From a virus (taxonomy: Duplodnaviria > Caudoviricetes), in the IMG/VR virus record IMGVR_UViG_3300029305_011823: 64,000 bases of DNA. One strand, given 5' to 3'. A model generated the notes under the pieces. That model had not been told where the DNA came from. It ran no database searches and worked only from the letters and a program-made list of their open reading frames with translations. How positions within the stretch are numbered: the first letter of the stretch is position 1; the number at the start of each line of letters is the position of its first letter. The translations under genes and the position numbers were made by a program. Shown piece after piece: positions 40,701 to 51,154 of this stretch.

Positions 40701-43700
40701 ACTTGTATTTCCTGACATATTTAATGTTACTATATTATAACTGTTAGTAACGTCGAATCCAGCTATTGATTTACAACCAGATAAGTTTACTTCTGTAACA
40801 TTTTCACAGTTAGTTACTATGAAGTTTTGTATTGTTGAGTTAGCAACGTCAACAACTGCTATTCTGTTACATCTATTAAGTTCAAATTTATTAATATTTT
40901 CACAGTTTGTTATTTTTATGTCATCTAGGAATTCTGCACCGTCTATAGATACGTTTTTAATACTACTACTAGTTAAGTTTATAGAGTTAAGAACTGTATC
41001 TGTTGGGAACATTACCCCTGTAAATTTAGTGTAAGATAAATCAACTGTTTTTAAGTTAACACAGTTCGATAAATCTAGAGTTTGTGATTCTGTTGCTGTA
41101 CCTAATCTGTATGAGTTAGTACAGTTAAGATGTCTTAAGTATTTATTGTTACCTATTTTTAGACCTTCCATACGGTTTGAATATGAAACGTCTAGTTCAA
41201 GTAATTTAAGTGCTTTTTCTATTCTGGCTTCAGTTAAGTTAAGTGTTTGTAATCTATTAATTTGCTTAATATTGCCTGCTCCAGTTATACCCATCTCTTT
41301 ATTTATACCTTTTATAGGGAATGAGAATAATGCACCTTCATACTCTATTCCAGTATCAGGGTCTTTATATCTAGATTCAGGTCCAACATATCCAGTAACT
41401 TTACCGTCAGCTCCAGAACCGATAGTTATTGTTACATACTGTGGAGAATAAACACTTACACCAACATAACAACGTAAAGTTGTTCCTTCCCCTTGTCCGT
41501 AAGCAGCATCTGAACGTAATCCTATATAACTATTTAAAGTATCAGGTTGTGCTGCTGATTCTTCGTATCCAAATACTGTGTCTAAGAATATTAATCTCTC
41601 TTTTAAGAATTTTTTATATTTTTGTGCTCTATTACCATGAAGCATTTGTAAGTAAGTAGAGTCGGATGCTGTTGTTTGAGATAAATATTTAGATGCAGCA
41701 TCTTTATTGAAATAAATTTTTCCTATCTTGTCATCAGTGTCAGCTGAAATAGCTTTGAATATATTATCAACGTCATATACTTTAGCATTTCTTAATGTAG
41801 TATATGCTTTTTTTATTTCTTCTTTAAATTCAGTTCCGAATGCATTCCATAATTTACTAGTTCTAGTATTATAGTTCATATATCTTAAATCTGTTGTAGT
41901 ATCTGTATAACTATATCCTATAAAGTTTTTATCCCCATCCAATAAAGTTGGAGATAATGAAGGTATTATTTCTGAGTCAACACGGATTATCTCAGTACCT
42001 GTATTTGATAATCCCATTTGTGTATCCATATCGTATGGTCTAGGGTAGAATTTAACTCCATCCCATGTATCCCACATACTATTTTTCATTCTGTTACTTT
42101 CATTATTCATAAATTACTGACCATATATTAATATGGCGGGAAAGGTTCTTCTTAAATCAGTCTGGTTACTGATGACCTCTCCTCTCTAGTTTCATTGTTA
42201 GATTATATCTAGAGATCAGACTGTTGCATACTTGAAAGTTCAAGCCTTACTCGCTCAGTCGTTGTTGGTGATTATAATCATATCATTTCCCAATGCAATT
42301 GTACCAATTCTCCATTTATCAATATTTCTCCATACCAATCATGACCTTTTATCAATTCATGATTGAGATGCTTTGTAAAGGTTTTTTTATTAAATTCTAT
42401 ACCAAACTCCTCTTTCATACACTCTAAAGCTTTTCGTTTACTTGGAAATACCCTATCAAGTTCAATACAACGTACATGTGTACCTTGTGTATAACTACTT
42501 TTAGAATATTGTATTTCTATAGATTCTTTGCTTCTATTAGGTTCCTTACGATTTCTACAAGCTTCTTTCATTCGTGCTTTTTGTTCAGGAGTTCTTTTCT
42601 TTCCAATGTTCTTTAGTCTTCTCTTCTCAATAGTTTCTTGTGATTGTTTCATAGAAAATCCACTAGTTCCTTCACCACCCCATGTGCAATTAGTCAAATA
42701 ATTATCATTACTTTTATCATTGAAACCATGAATATCTATACTATAACCTTCATTAAATACCAAATCATGTATAGTTTGCATTTCTAGTTCCAACGCCTCA
42801 CGCTCAGTTAAATTATTATATATTATCTCAACTACACAATCAACAGAATTTATTATATTCATAAAATGATCATTTCTACTATCCAATCTAAGATATCTAT
42901 TATTTTTACCTTTACCTATATAAAATATACTTCCGTTATCTAAACGAATGTATTGATATACGTAATAACATTTTTCCATTCACATCACTCCATTAGTTTA
43001 ATAATAGAGAATTGTTTTATCAATTATAATCTTCCAAGGCGTTGTCCTTCTCAGGAGTTTCGCCGTATATCAGAGTAAGTTTTTATACTGAGGCATAAAC
43101 TTTACCACAGTTATCTACTTGTGTAAATACGTGCATTTGTAGATAATAAGCTATCATGTATGTTAAATCAAGATGTTTTTCTAAGTCGTCCTTAAATGTA
43201 CCATTATCTATTGAGTTACTTACCCAGTTAACTAATTCAATCATTGGTTTATAAGTAGCTTCTTCGTCATCTTCACAATAACTATATCTAGCTTCAAAGT
43301 CTGACATTATATAATCAGTTTCACTATAGTCAGCAGAGAATTCTTCGAATGTCATATATTCTTCTATAGTTCCATCATTTATTCCTGCTTTAAATTGATC
43401 CATAGTACATTTTTCAGAAGTAAGACCATATTTTTCTAAATATTCTTTATAAGAGTCTTCTAAATAATAATTATAAACGTTTACTATAGATTCAGATAAT
43501 TTATAGAAACATCCAGCTGTGTCACTTGCATTGGCAGTTGCTTCATATGAAATACAACTATTTTTACCATTACCGATTAAATCACCGATTTCATCATATA
43601 AATCACATTCGAATCCTAATTCTTTACCCTCTTTATCTATATTAAACATAAATGAACCTACTAATATATTTTCAGCTGGTTTACCATCAGCATCTACTCC

Positions 43701-46700
43701 ACCTTCATTATAGTAAACTATACAAGGGAAACCGTCTATAGCATCATGATAACCATCTCTCTTAGCAGGTGACATTCCTCCTAAAGCATCTATAACTTGA
43801 TTATAGAATCTTGCAGTAGGCGTATTGTTTTTGTGTGATTGTTCCATGTACATTCTGTTACTTTCATTATTCATAAATTACTGACCATATATTAATATGG
43901 CGGGAATGGATCTTCTTTAGGTCGTTATTTCAGACCGCCCATTCCTCTCTAGTTTCATTGTTAGATTATATCTAGAGATCAGACTGTTGCATCATTAATC
44001 ATAAATGCCTTTTCGCTCAGTCGTTGTTGGTGTAATTTAAACGTTTTTATTTTCAAAATGTAGATATAAAAGTTCACCTGTTATTATATTTCTACCCGCA
44101 TGTTTTCGTTTTCCTCTACAAACTGCAGATATTGATGCATGTGAACAATTTATATTATATTCTTCTAGTAATATTTTTTCAGCTTCTCTATATGAATTAA
44201 AAGTTCTATTCAACTCTACACAATAAACTTCATTTCTATTAGGGCTAGCTAGACGTATTTTTTCTTTATGCTCTTCAGTATATGTTTTTCCATAATGTGG
44301 TGATAACTCACCTTTTTTACCGTACATACCGTTTTTCTCACCAAATAACGAACATTTTTTACGTTCTTCTTCGGTATGTGTGTAACCACTCACACCTTCA
44401 CCACCCCATGTTTGATTTACAAGATGATTTTCATTTTTAGTGTTATAACCATTTATTTCAATACTATAACCTTCATTAAACACTAAATCATGAATAGTCT
44501 TAACTTCTAATTCAAGAGCTTCATTTTCAGTTAAATTATCATATAATATTTCAATTTTATAGTCTATACTATTTATTATGTTTTTAAAATGTTTATTCCT
44601 ACCTGTATGATGTTCATAACATCTATTACCAGTACCTTTACCTATATAAAAATAATTATTTTTGTCTAATCTTACATAAGCATAAATGTAAAATCTATTA
44701 TCCATATTTATCACCTTCATTTTAAAACGTTTAAATAACTTCCAAGGCGTTGTCCTTCTCAGGAGTTTCGCCGTATATCAGAAAAGGTTTTTATAGTGAG
44801 ACTATACTTAATCACACTTTAATGTATATGTACTATCTTTAACCCAGTCGTCTTCCATACCTGGAGGAACGAATTTTAATTTAGATGTTTTTCCTTCATC
44901 CACCCAAGCTTTAATCTTATAGTTTTTAACAGGGTATTGTAGTGATGATGTACCTTGTAAATATACATCCATGTTATCATAAACTATTATGTTACCAGCA
45001 CCATCGTTATACTCCATTACACAATCAACGAATGTTGATTTAGATTGTTTTTTATCCTTGATTGAATGTAATGTTGCAAATGTTGCATTGTTTTCATATC
45101 CATCACCTATTTTTCTTTTAAATACTATAGTAGGTAATGTAGCTAAGTCTGTATTATTCTTATCGTTTTCAAGTTGTTGTTCTTCTGAATCGTATATATG
45201 TGATACATAGTTTTGTAAAACTTCTGATGATTTTAAGAAACTATTGTAAATACGTATGAATTTTATTTCACATTCACCGAAATTAGTAAATGAAACATTT
45301 CCTGCAGCATCTATCATTCTACATGCATTAAGTACTAAAGGATAAGCTTCTTTAGCACCGTCTAAGAAGTTTTCTTTACTTTCATCTTCATTTATAGTAG
45401 TACATGAACACATAACACCATTTATATATACACGTAGTGTATATGTAGGGTTAACGTCTTCTATCATATTTTGACCAACTTTTTCAAATGTTCTTATGTC
45501 TTTATCTACTACAAGTGTTATATGAACCCATTCATCTTCCATAAATCCAAGACTATTTACTTGAGCATTTGACGCTATAGCCATAGTATCATATGTTATA
45601 TTAATTCCTGGTTCATTTAATGGGTTTTCCATATTATTATTGAATTTTGTACATGTCATTACACGTGCATTCAATTCCCCTATATTTCTAGTACGTATAG
45701 CAGTTTCTATTGTTATACCTTTTTGTCCACCCATTTTAAATATTGAGAATGGGCTATAAGGTTTAGCTTCACCATTAACCATTTCAACAAGTTCACCATA
45801 TGATTCACCAGTGAATTTAAGCATCATTTCCCCATCTTCACTATCAGGTATTGATTCATCTACATGTTTCCATCCATTTGAACTGTAATTTAGTCCATGT
45901 AATAATATTCTGTATTTATCACCTGTGTGTCTAGATGAGTTACCCCAAATATTAGGACTACCGTCATTGTTCCCTTTAGTATTAGCGTCAAAGTAAGCTA
46001 TTAAGTTTGCGTTATCGATAAAAGGAACTTTTTGGTAAAGTGATTCAACAACTTCCATCATAACTTCAACAGGATCTGATTCAACACCACCATCGACAGT
46101 ATAACCTTTAATAATATATTTATATGTACCAGCTTCTAATTTACCAACTGACCAATAGTTAGTAACATTAACTTTTGCAGATATACCAGTATTACTAGTT
46201 TCTGCAACTAACTCTAAGTGTCCATTAACGTCTTTATACATTTGACCTTTCATTACAAAATAGTCTGCAATTCTACTGACTATTTTAAATGGTATTGATA
46301 TATACATGTTAGTATCATATTGTATACCTTTAGACTCATCTAATATAGCTATCTCTCCAGCTTTAAGAACTCTTATGTCATATGATAATTCATGAGATTT
46401 AAATGTACCTTCAGTTGTATCGGATACTGAACTTCCAGTATATGCTTGTGCTGTAATAGTATATAAACCTGCTTTATTTATTACAGGTGATTTCCATATA
46501 GTAGATAAGAATGTCCCTTCTAAAGCAAAACTATCATCATATACAGTTTCACCCGTTCCATTATTAACTAATTTAATTCTCATTTTCATACTTTGACTAG
46601 CATCTGCTAAACTAGCCATGTAAGGGAATTCTATTATATCCCCTTCTTCATATATAGCAGTTAATAATGTTTGTTCAAATGTACTTGTTAATTTCAATCC

Positions 46701-47417
46701 CCCAACTATAACTTTATAACTTAATGTTTCTGGAGCAGGAACTGTTAAATAGTCTGTTGCAGTAACAGTTATCTCATATGTACCATCTGATGTTATTTTT
46801 CCTAAATTAACTATAACGTTACCTTTAGCACCACTCCATGATTTAGCTAATGACCCATTGATATATACACGATATTTACCATCACCGAATGTATTAGCTG
46901 TGAAGTTAAATTTTATAATCAATTCTTGATCATCATTTAAATACATCTTAGTACCTTCAGGCATACTAGGATCGTATGATAACTTAGGTATTGTATTTTC
47001 TTTTTTATTTATTTTATCCCAAGTTGCTGGAACTTTTACACCATTTTCATTTTCTTTAACGGAAGTTATTATATAAAATCCTGGTTTAGCTCCACCATCG
47101 TCAGCATCGGATTCGTCAGCTATTACGTAGAATAATCCACCTACAGTAGCTTTGCTTATTTTCATATTAGCAAAATTAGGAACTATTGTTGTAGATGTAT
47201 TACTTACTGGTCCCCATACACCAGGTGTACCACCTTGATTACAAATCCACATAGGTTCGTCTATAGATGTAACTGGATTCGTATTAATAATCATATCACC
47301 AGTTAAATATGTACCCTCAGTTGGAATAGCTGAACCCTTCATAATTCTATTTTCTGTAAAATATGTATTCTGTTTATCAGAAATAAGTTTATTTTTTCTG
47401 TTATTTTCTTCAGCCAT
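37776..47417 (-). CDS. Spliced ~2554-aa protein: Ig/LamG-like region + CotH-like kinase domain + long LRR/BspA repeats; join(47417..44811, 43850..43104, 42086..37776)
   Basis: Removing the two introns restores TLKCD|YMEQSH and VDNCG|KNSMWDTWDG..PYDMD; QGTSS..YPVKNYK precedes them; all exons stay in frame. Confidence 0.85.
42087..43103 (-). mobile_element. Group I intron 2 (1017 nt)
   Basis: Exon ends in U (TGTGGT|), P1 pairs with GCCTCA via a U.G pair, P7 GACTG/CAGTC, terminal G (..AACAGAATG|AAA). Confidence 0.9.
42278..42979 (-). CDS. GIY-YIG homing endonuclease (intron 2)
   Basis: YVYQY...FYIGKG..NR; NUMOD3-like SQETIEKRR; own AACA-N6-TA promoter at 43005..43016. Confidence 0.88.
   Translation of the reverse strand: MEKCYYVYQYIRLDNGSIFYIGKGKNNRYLRLDSRNDHFMNIINSVDCVVEIIYNNLTEREALELEMQTIHDLVFNEGYSIDIHGFNDKSNDNYLTNCTWGGEGTSGFSMKQSQETIEKRRLKNIGKKRTPEQKARMKEACRNRKEPNRSKESIEIQYSKSSYTQGTHVRCIELDRVFPSKRKALECMKEEFGIEFNKKTFTKHLNHELIKGHDWYGEILINGELVQLHWEMI
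43851..44810 (-). mobile_element. Group I intron 1 (960 nt)
   Basis: Exon ends in U (GTGTGAT|), P1 pairs with GTCTCAC via a U.G pair, same core as intron 2, terminal G (..AACAGAATG|TAC). Confidence 0.9.
44037..44705 (-). CDS. GIY-YIG homing endonuclease (intron 1)
   Basis: YIYAY...FYIGKGTGNR; NUMOD3-like HTEEERKK and TEEHKEKIR; ATG at 44705 after AAGGTGA. Confidence 0.88.
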   Translation of the reverse strand: MDNRFYIYAYVRLDKNNYFYIGKGTGNRCYEHHTGRNKHFKNIINSIDYKIEILYDNLTENEALELEVKTIHDLVFNEGYSIEINGYNTKNENHLVNQTWGGEGVSGYTHTEEERKKCSLFGEKNGMYGKKGELSPHYGKTYTEEHKEKIRLASPNRNEVYCVELNRTFNSYREAEKILLEEYNINCSHASISAVCRGKRKHAGRNIITGELLYLHFENKNV

Positions 47418-47483
47418 TTTTATTTTCAACTCCTTCTAAAAATAAATTATATTTATTCATTACAAAATTGTTTCTCCTAATAA

Positions 47484-47603
47484 ATATAAAGATTGGAGTA
47501 TACCCCGTACTTAAACGAAGTATACTCCAATCAAACCATGGTATTGTCCGTCCTCGTCAATTCGAGGAGAGATGATATATATGTTAAACAACAATAACAA
47601 CTT
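47484..47603 (-). ncRNA. Candidate sRNA B, complementary to the kinase gene start
   Basis: AACA-N6-TA at 47603..47614, hairpin TCCTCG/CGAGGA, 17-bp terminator stem (47491..47532) whose G.U pairs form only on the minus strand. Confidence 0.55.
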
Positions 47604-47617
47604 ACCATATTGTTATA

Positions 47618-48442
47618 TTATTTTAATTTTATATAATCACCACAAATAAATGCTTGTTTTCCTTTATATATAACACCAAACCAATTGTTAAGACAATATT
47701 TAACTGTAACAACTTCTCCTTTTTTATATTGACCAAGGATTTTTTTATATTCTGCAGTTCCAGGTCTTCCTGCTCTAACATTTAATGCTGATGCAGTTAT
47801 AACTGCTTTTTTATTATAAGTTCCATTTTTAAACTTACCATCGGCATTTTTATGTGGATCTACAGGTTCTTTCGGTTTAGTTACTTCAACAACTGGTGCT
47901 GGAGTTGCTTCTATTTTAGCAATTATAGATTTTAAAGTTACTGCATATTTTTTATCCGTAGCCCATGTTCCAGATAAACCTTCTACTGTAGGACACTTAC
48001 CATATAAATAGGTAAAATGTCTTGGATCTAATGTTGTACCATTAGCTTTATATTTATCATTTGGATAATTTTTAGTTTCAGGTGAATACTTAGGACAATT
48101 CTTAGCTCCTGCATATAATCCAAGATGATCAGCATGAGCTTGAATTCCATCAGCCCATGATTTAAATCTCATATGTGCGTTAGCTTCATAATCCCCTCCA
48201 CCTTTTGTAGTTTTTAATCCACATGTATTATGGAATGAAGCATTTAACACTCCACCAAAATTAAAATATCCCGTCTCACAACAAACTTGTGCTAACATAA
48301 CAACAGGATTAATCCCATTACCTTCTGCAGCTTTCCATATTATCGGTAAATTCTCTAATAACAATTTATTTGCAGTTTTTACCGATTTTACCCAAGCTTC
48401 TGCTTGTGCATATGTTACTGTAGCCTTTCCTAATATGTTCAT
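47618..48442 (-). CDS. Endolysin: GH73 glucosaminidase-like domain + SH3b
   Basis: AQVCCETGY, HNTCGLK, WATDKKY; C-terminal ALNVRAG...GQYKKGEVV..WFGV. Confidence 0.85.
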   Translation of the reverse strand: MNILGKATVTYAQAEAWVKSVKTANKLLLENLPIIWKAAEGNGINPVVMLAQVCCETGYFNFGGVLNASFHNTCGLKTTKGGGDYEANAHMRFKSWADGIQAHADHLGLYAGAKNCPKYSPETKNYPNDKYKANGTTLDPRHFTYLYGKCPTVEGLSGTWATDKKYAVTLKSIIAKIEATPAPVVEVTKPKEPVDPHKNADGKFKNGTYNKKAVITASALNVRAGRPGTAEYKKILGQYKKGEVVTVKYCLNNWFGVIYKGKQAFICGDYIKLK

Positions 48443-48454
48443 TAATATTCACTC

Positions 48455-48949
48455 CTATTTTAATAATCCTAATATATCATTTATTTTCTTTTTAAGTTTT
48501 TCATTTTCTTCTTTAGATTTTTCAAGTTCTTCTTTTAATTGACAATTTTGTTTATATCTTTCTTGAGCTTCAGATTCTAATCTTTTTATTCTATTTTTTA
48601 ATTCGTCTATCTCTTTTACATGTTCTAGAATCTCAGCAGTTTTTTCAGATATAGTTTTATGTTGTATTCTTATATTATTTTCTCTGTCTACTAATAATCC
48701 TTCAACTTTATTAGTTGCTTCAATCTGTTTATTAAGATCTTCTACAAGAGAATCTATAACATTTTGTTTTTCTACTACTACTTGTTCAAGTTTAACAATT
48801 TCTTCATCCCTTACAGAAACTTCTTTTAATACTTCATCTAATTGATTTGAGACTTCACCTACTATCCCAATTAGATCTTCAACAGATGCTTTCTCAACTT
48901 TTTCTTCTTTATCTTTTTTCCCTCTTGTTATCTCTAACCTATATCCCAT
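48455..48949 (-). CDS. Coiled-coil protein
   Basis: Heptad-rich 164 aa, RBS AAGGAG. Confidence 0.65.
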   Translation of the reverse strand: MGYRLEITRGKKDKEEKVEKASVEDLIGIVGEVSNQLDEVLKEVSVRDEEIVKLEQVVVEKQNVIDSLVEDLNKQIEATNKVEGLLVDRENNIRIQHKTISEKTAEILEHVKEIDELKNRIKRLESEAQERYKQNCQLKEELEKSKEENEKLKKKINDILGLLK

Positions 48950-48998
48950 TATTAATTCTCCTTTCTGATTTTAACATATGGGCTTAAAGCCCATATGT

Positions 48999-51122
48999 TT
49001 ATATTATTATGAAATTTATTTCTCTAGCATCAGCATTTACACTATCAAGTTTAACTGTAACTTCATCTCCTACCCTATAAGCAATAATGTGTGTTTCTTC
49101 AGTTCCTACTCCTTGACCTATCAACTCATGTGTATTTTCATTATACTCATAACGGTCTTCTGTTAAAGATTCAATAGAAACTAATCCCTCTACTGTATCA
49201 GGTAATTCAACAAAGAATCCAAAATGTGTTACGCTTGATATTATACCTTTAAAATCTTGACCTATTTTGTCTTCCATGTATATACACTTATAATATTTAT
49301 CTATATCTCTTTCTGCAACTTCTGCTTTTCTTTCCATTACAGAAGATTGTTCTGAAGCTTTTAATACTATGTCTTTAAGTTTATTTTGTCTATTACTATT
49401 TAATCCTCCTTTATTTATAAATTCTTTTATTATTCTATGAATTTGTAAATCAGGATATCTTCTTATAGGTGATGTAAAATGACAATAATACTCAGCAGCT
49501 AATCCAAAATGCCCACTACAATCTGGAGAATATTTAGCTTGTTTTAAAGAACGTAATATTAACGTACTTATAGCTTTCTCTTCTTTCTTACCTTCTACAG
49601 ATTTTATTATTTTTTGTATTTGTTTTGGATGAACTTCTTCTGTATCACCTTTTATTAATAAATCATAATTGTGTATAAATTTATTTAAAGCTTCTATTTT
49701 AGATGAACTAGGAGTTTCATGTATTCTATATACAAAAGGAATTCCTATCCAATAGAAATATTCAGCAACTGTTTCATTAGCTACTAACATAAATTCTTCA
49801 ATTATTTTATTAGCAATTCTTCTTTCATACGGTTCTATATTATAAGGTCTTCCATTTTCATCTAAATGTATATATGGTTCAGGGAAATTAAAATCTAATG
49901 CTCCTCTTCTTTCCCTTTTCTTCATTAATATTTTAGCCAATTCTTCAGCTTTAAATAACATATCAGCTAATTCTGGATTCTCTTCTTCATGTATGTGTTC
50001 TAATACATCTGATACGTTTGTATAAACCAATCTACCTTTAGATCTTATTACAGTTTCTTCTATGCTAGAGTTAACAACATTACCCTTACGGTCTATTTCC
50101 ATAAATACTGATAATGTCAATTTATCTTCATTAGGATTTAAGCTACAAACCCCATTGGATAATTGTTTCGGAAGCATAGGAATAACTTTATCTACAAGAT
50201 ATACAGATGTAGCTCTTTTTAATGCTTCTTTATCTAAATTAGATTTTTCTTTAACATAATGTGTAACATCTGCTATATGAACACCTAACATAAAATTACC
50301 ATTATCAAGCAATTTTACTTGTATAGCGTCATCTAAATCTTTTGCATCAGCACCGTCCATTGTAACTATGAATTCATCTCTTAAATCTTTTCTTCTTTCA
50401 TATTCTTCTTCAGGTATAGGTACTGCTACATGATTTGCATTATCTAAAACTTTTTGAGGAAATTCTAAAGGTAAATCATGTTCTCTTATAATAGATTCAA
50501 TCTCAATTCCTCTATTACCTTTATATCCTAAAACTTCTACTATTTTCCCTTCAGGTTTTTTATCGTCTTTAGCCCATTGTGTTATTTCCACAACAACAAC
50601 ATCATCTTCCATTGCTCCATTAAAATGTTTTTCTTGTATATAAACATCTGTACGTAATTCATTTCCCCTAGGAATTACAAATGCAAAATGTTCATGAGGT
50701 TTGAATGTACCAACAATTTGTGTTTTCACTCTCTTAATTACATTAATTATCTTACCTTCTGCTCTTCTACCACCTGATGCCTCTCTTGTTATTTCTGCTA
50801 AGACTCTATCTCCATGCATAGCTCCATTAACATCTTTAGATGGTATATACAAATCTCTTTCGTCTTCTTTATCAGATTCAACAAATCCAAATCCCTTTCT
50901 ATGAGATATAAATTTTCCTACGAAAATTCCTGCTTGATTTGGTGATATTATTCTGTCTTTTTTAGTTACTATGATATACATTTCATCTAATAATTCTCTC
51001 ATTACATTCATAACTTCTTGAGATTTTTCTAGACCTAATGCTATACCTATTTCTGTTAATGTCATTGGTTTGTAATTATCGTCGTTTATAAAACTAACAA
51101 TTCTTTTTTTAATATCATCCAT
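48999..51122 (-). CDS. rnr: Ribonuclease R
   Basis: HRKGFGFV cold-shock domain, DGADAKDLDDA, HFTSPIRRYPDL, C-terminal S1 domain. Confidence 0.95.
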   Translation of the reverse strand: MDDIKKRIVSFINDDNYKPMTLTEIGIALGLEKSQEVMNVMRELLDEMYIIVTKKDRIISPNQAGIFVGKFISHRKGFGFVESDKEDERDLYIPSKDVNGAMHGDRVLAEITREASGGRRAEGKIINVIKRVKTQIVGTFKPHEHFAFVIPRGNELRTDVYIQEKHFNGAMEDDVVVVEITQWAKDDKKPEGKIVEVLGYKGNRGIEIESIIREHDLPLEFPQKVLDNANHVAVPIPEEEYERRKDLRDEFIVTMDGADAKDLDDAIQVKLLDNGNFMLGVHIADVTHYVKEKSNLDKEALKRATSVYLVDKVIPMLPKQLSNGVCSLNPNEDKLTLSVFMEIDRKGNVVNSSIEETVIRSKGRLVYTNVSDVLEHIHEEENPELADMLFKAEELAKILMKKRERRGALDFNFPEPYIHLDENGRPYNIEPYERRIANKIIEEFMLVANETVAEYFYWIGIPFVYRIHETPSSSKIEALNKFIHNYDLLIKGDTEEVHPKQIQKIIKSVEGKKEEKAISTLILRSLKQAKYSPDCSGHFGLAAEYYCHFTSPIRRYPDLQIHRIIKEFINKGGLNSNRQNKLKDIVLKASEQSSVMERKAEVAERDIDKYYKCIYMEDKIGQDFKGIISSVTHFGFFVELPDTVEGLVSIESLTEDRYEYNENTHELIGQGVGTEETHIIAYRVGDEVTVKLDSVNADAREINFIII

Positions 51123-51154
51123 TCATCATTACCTCCTAAATTTTAATTATATAG

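Noticed and set aside
42087-43874. Two genes starting with an identical MNNESNRM peptide
   Set aside because: These codons are the identical 3' ends of the two introns and have no SD; an ORF-caller artefact.
44808-44810. Stop-codon reassignment or pseudogenisation of the large gene
   Set aside because: The TAA is the first three bases of intron 1; genes elsewhere end normally in TAA, TAG and TGA.
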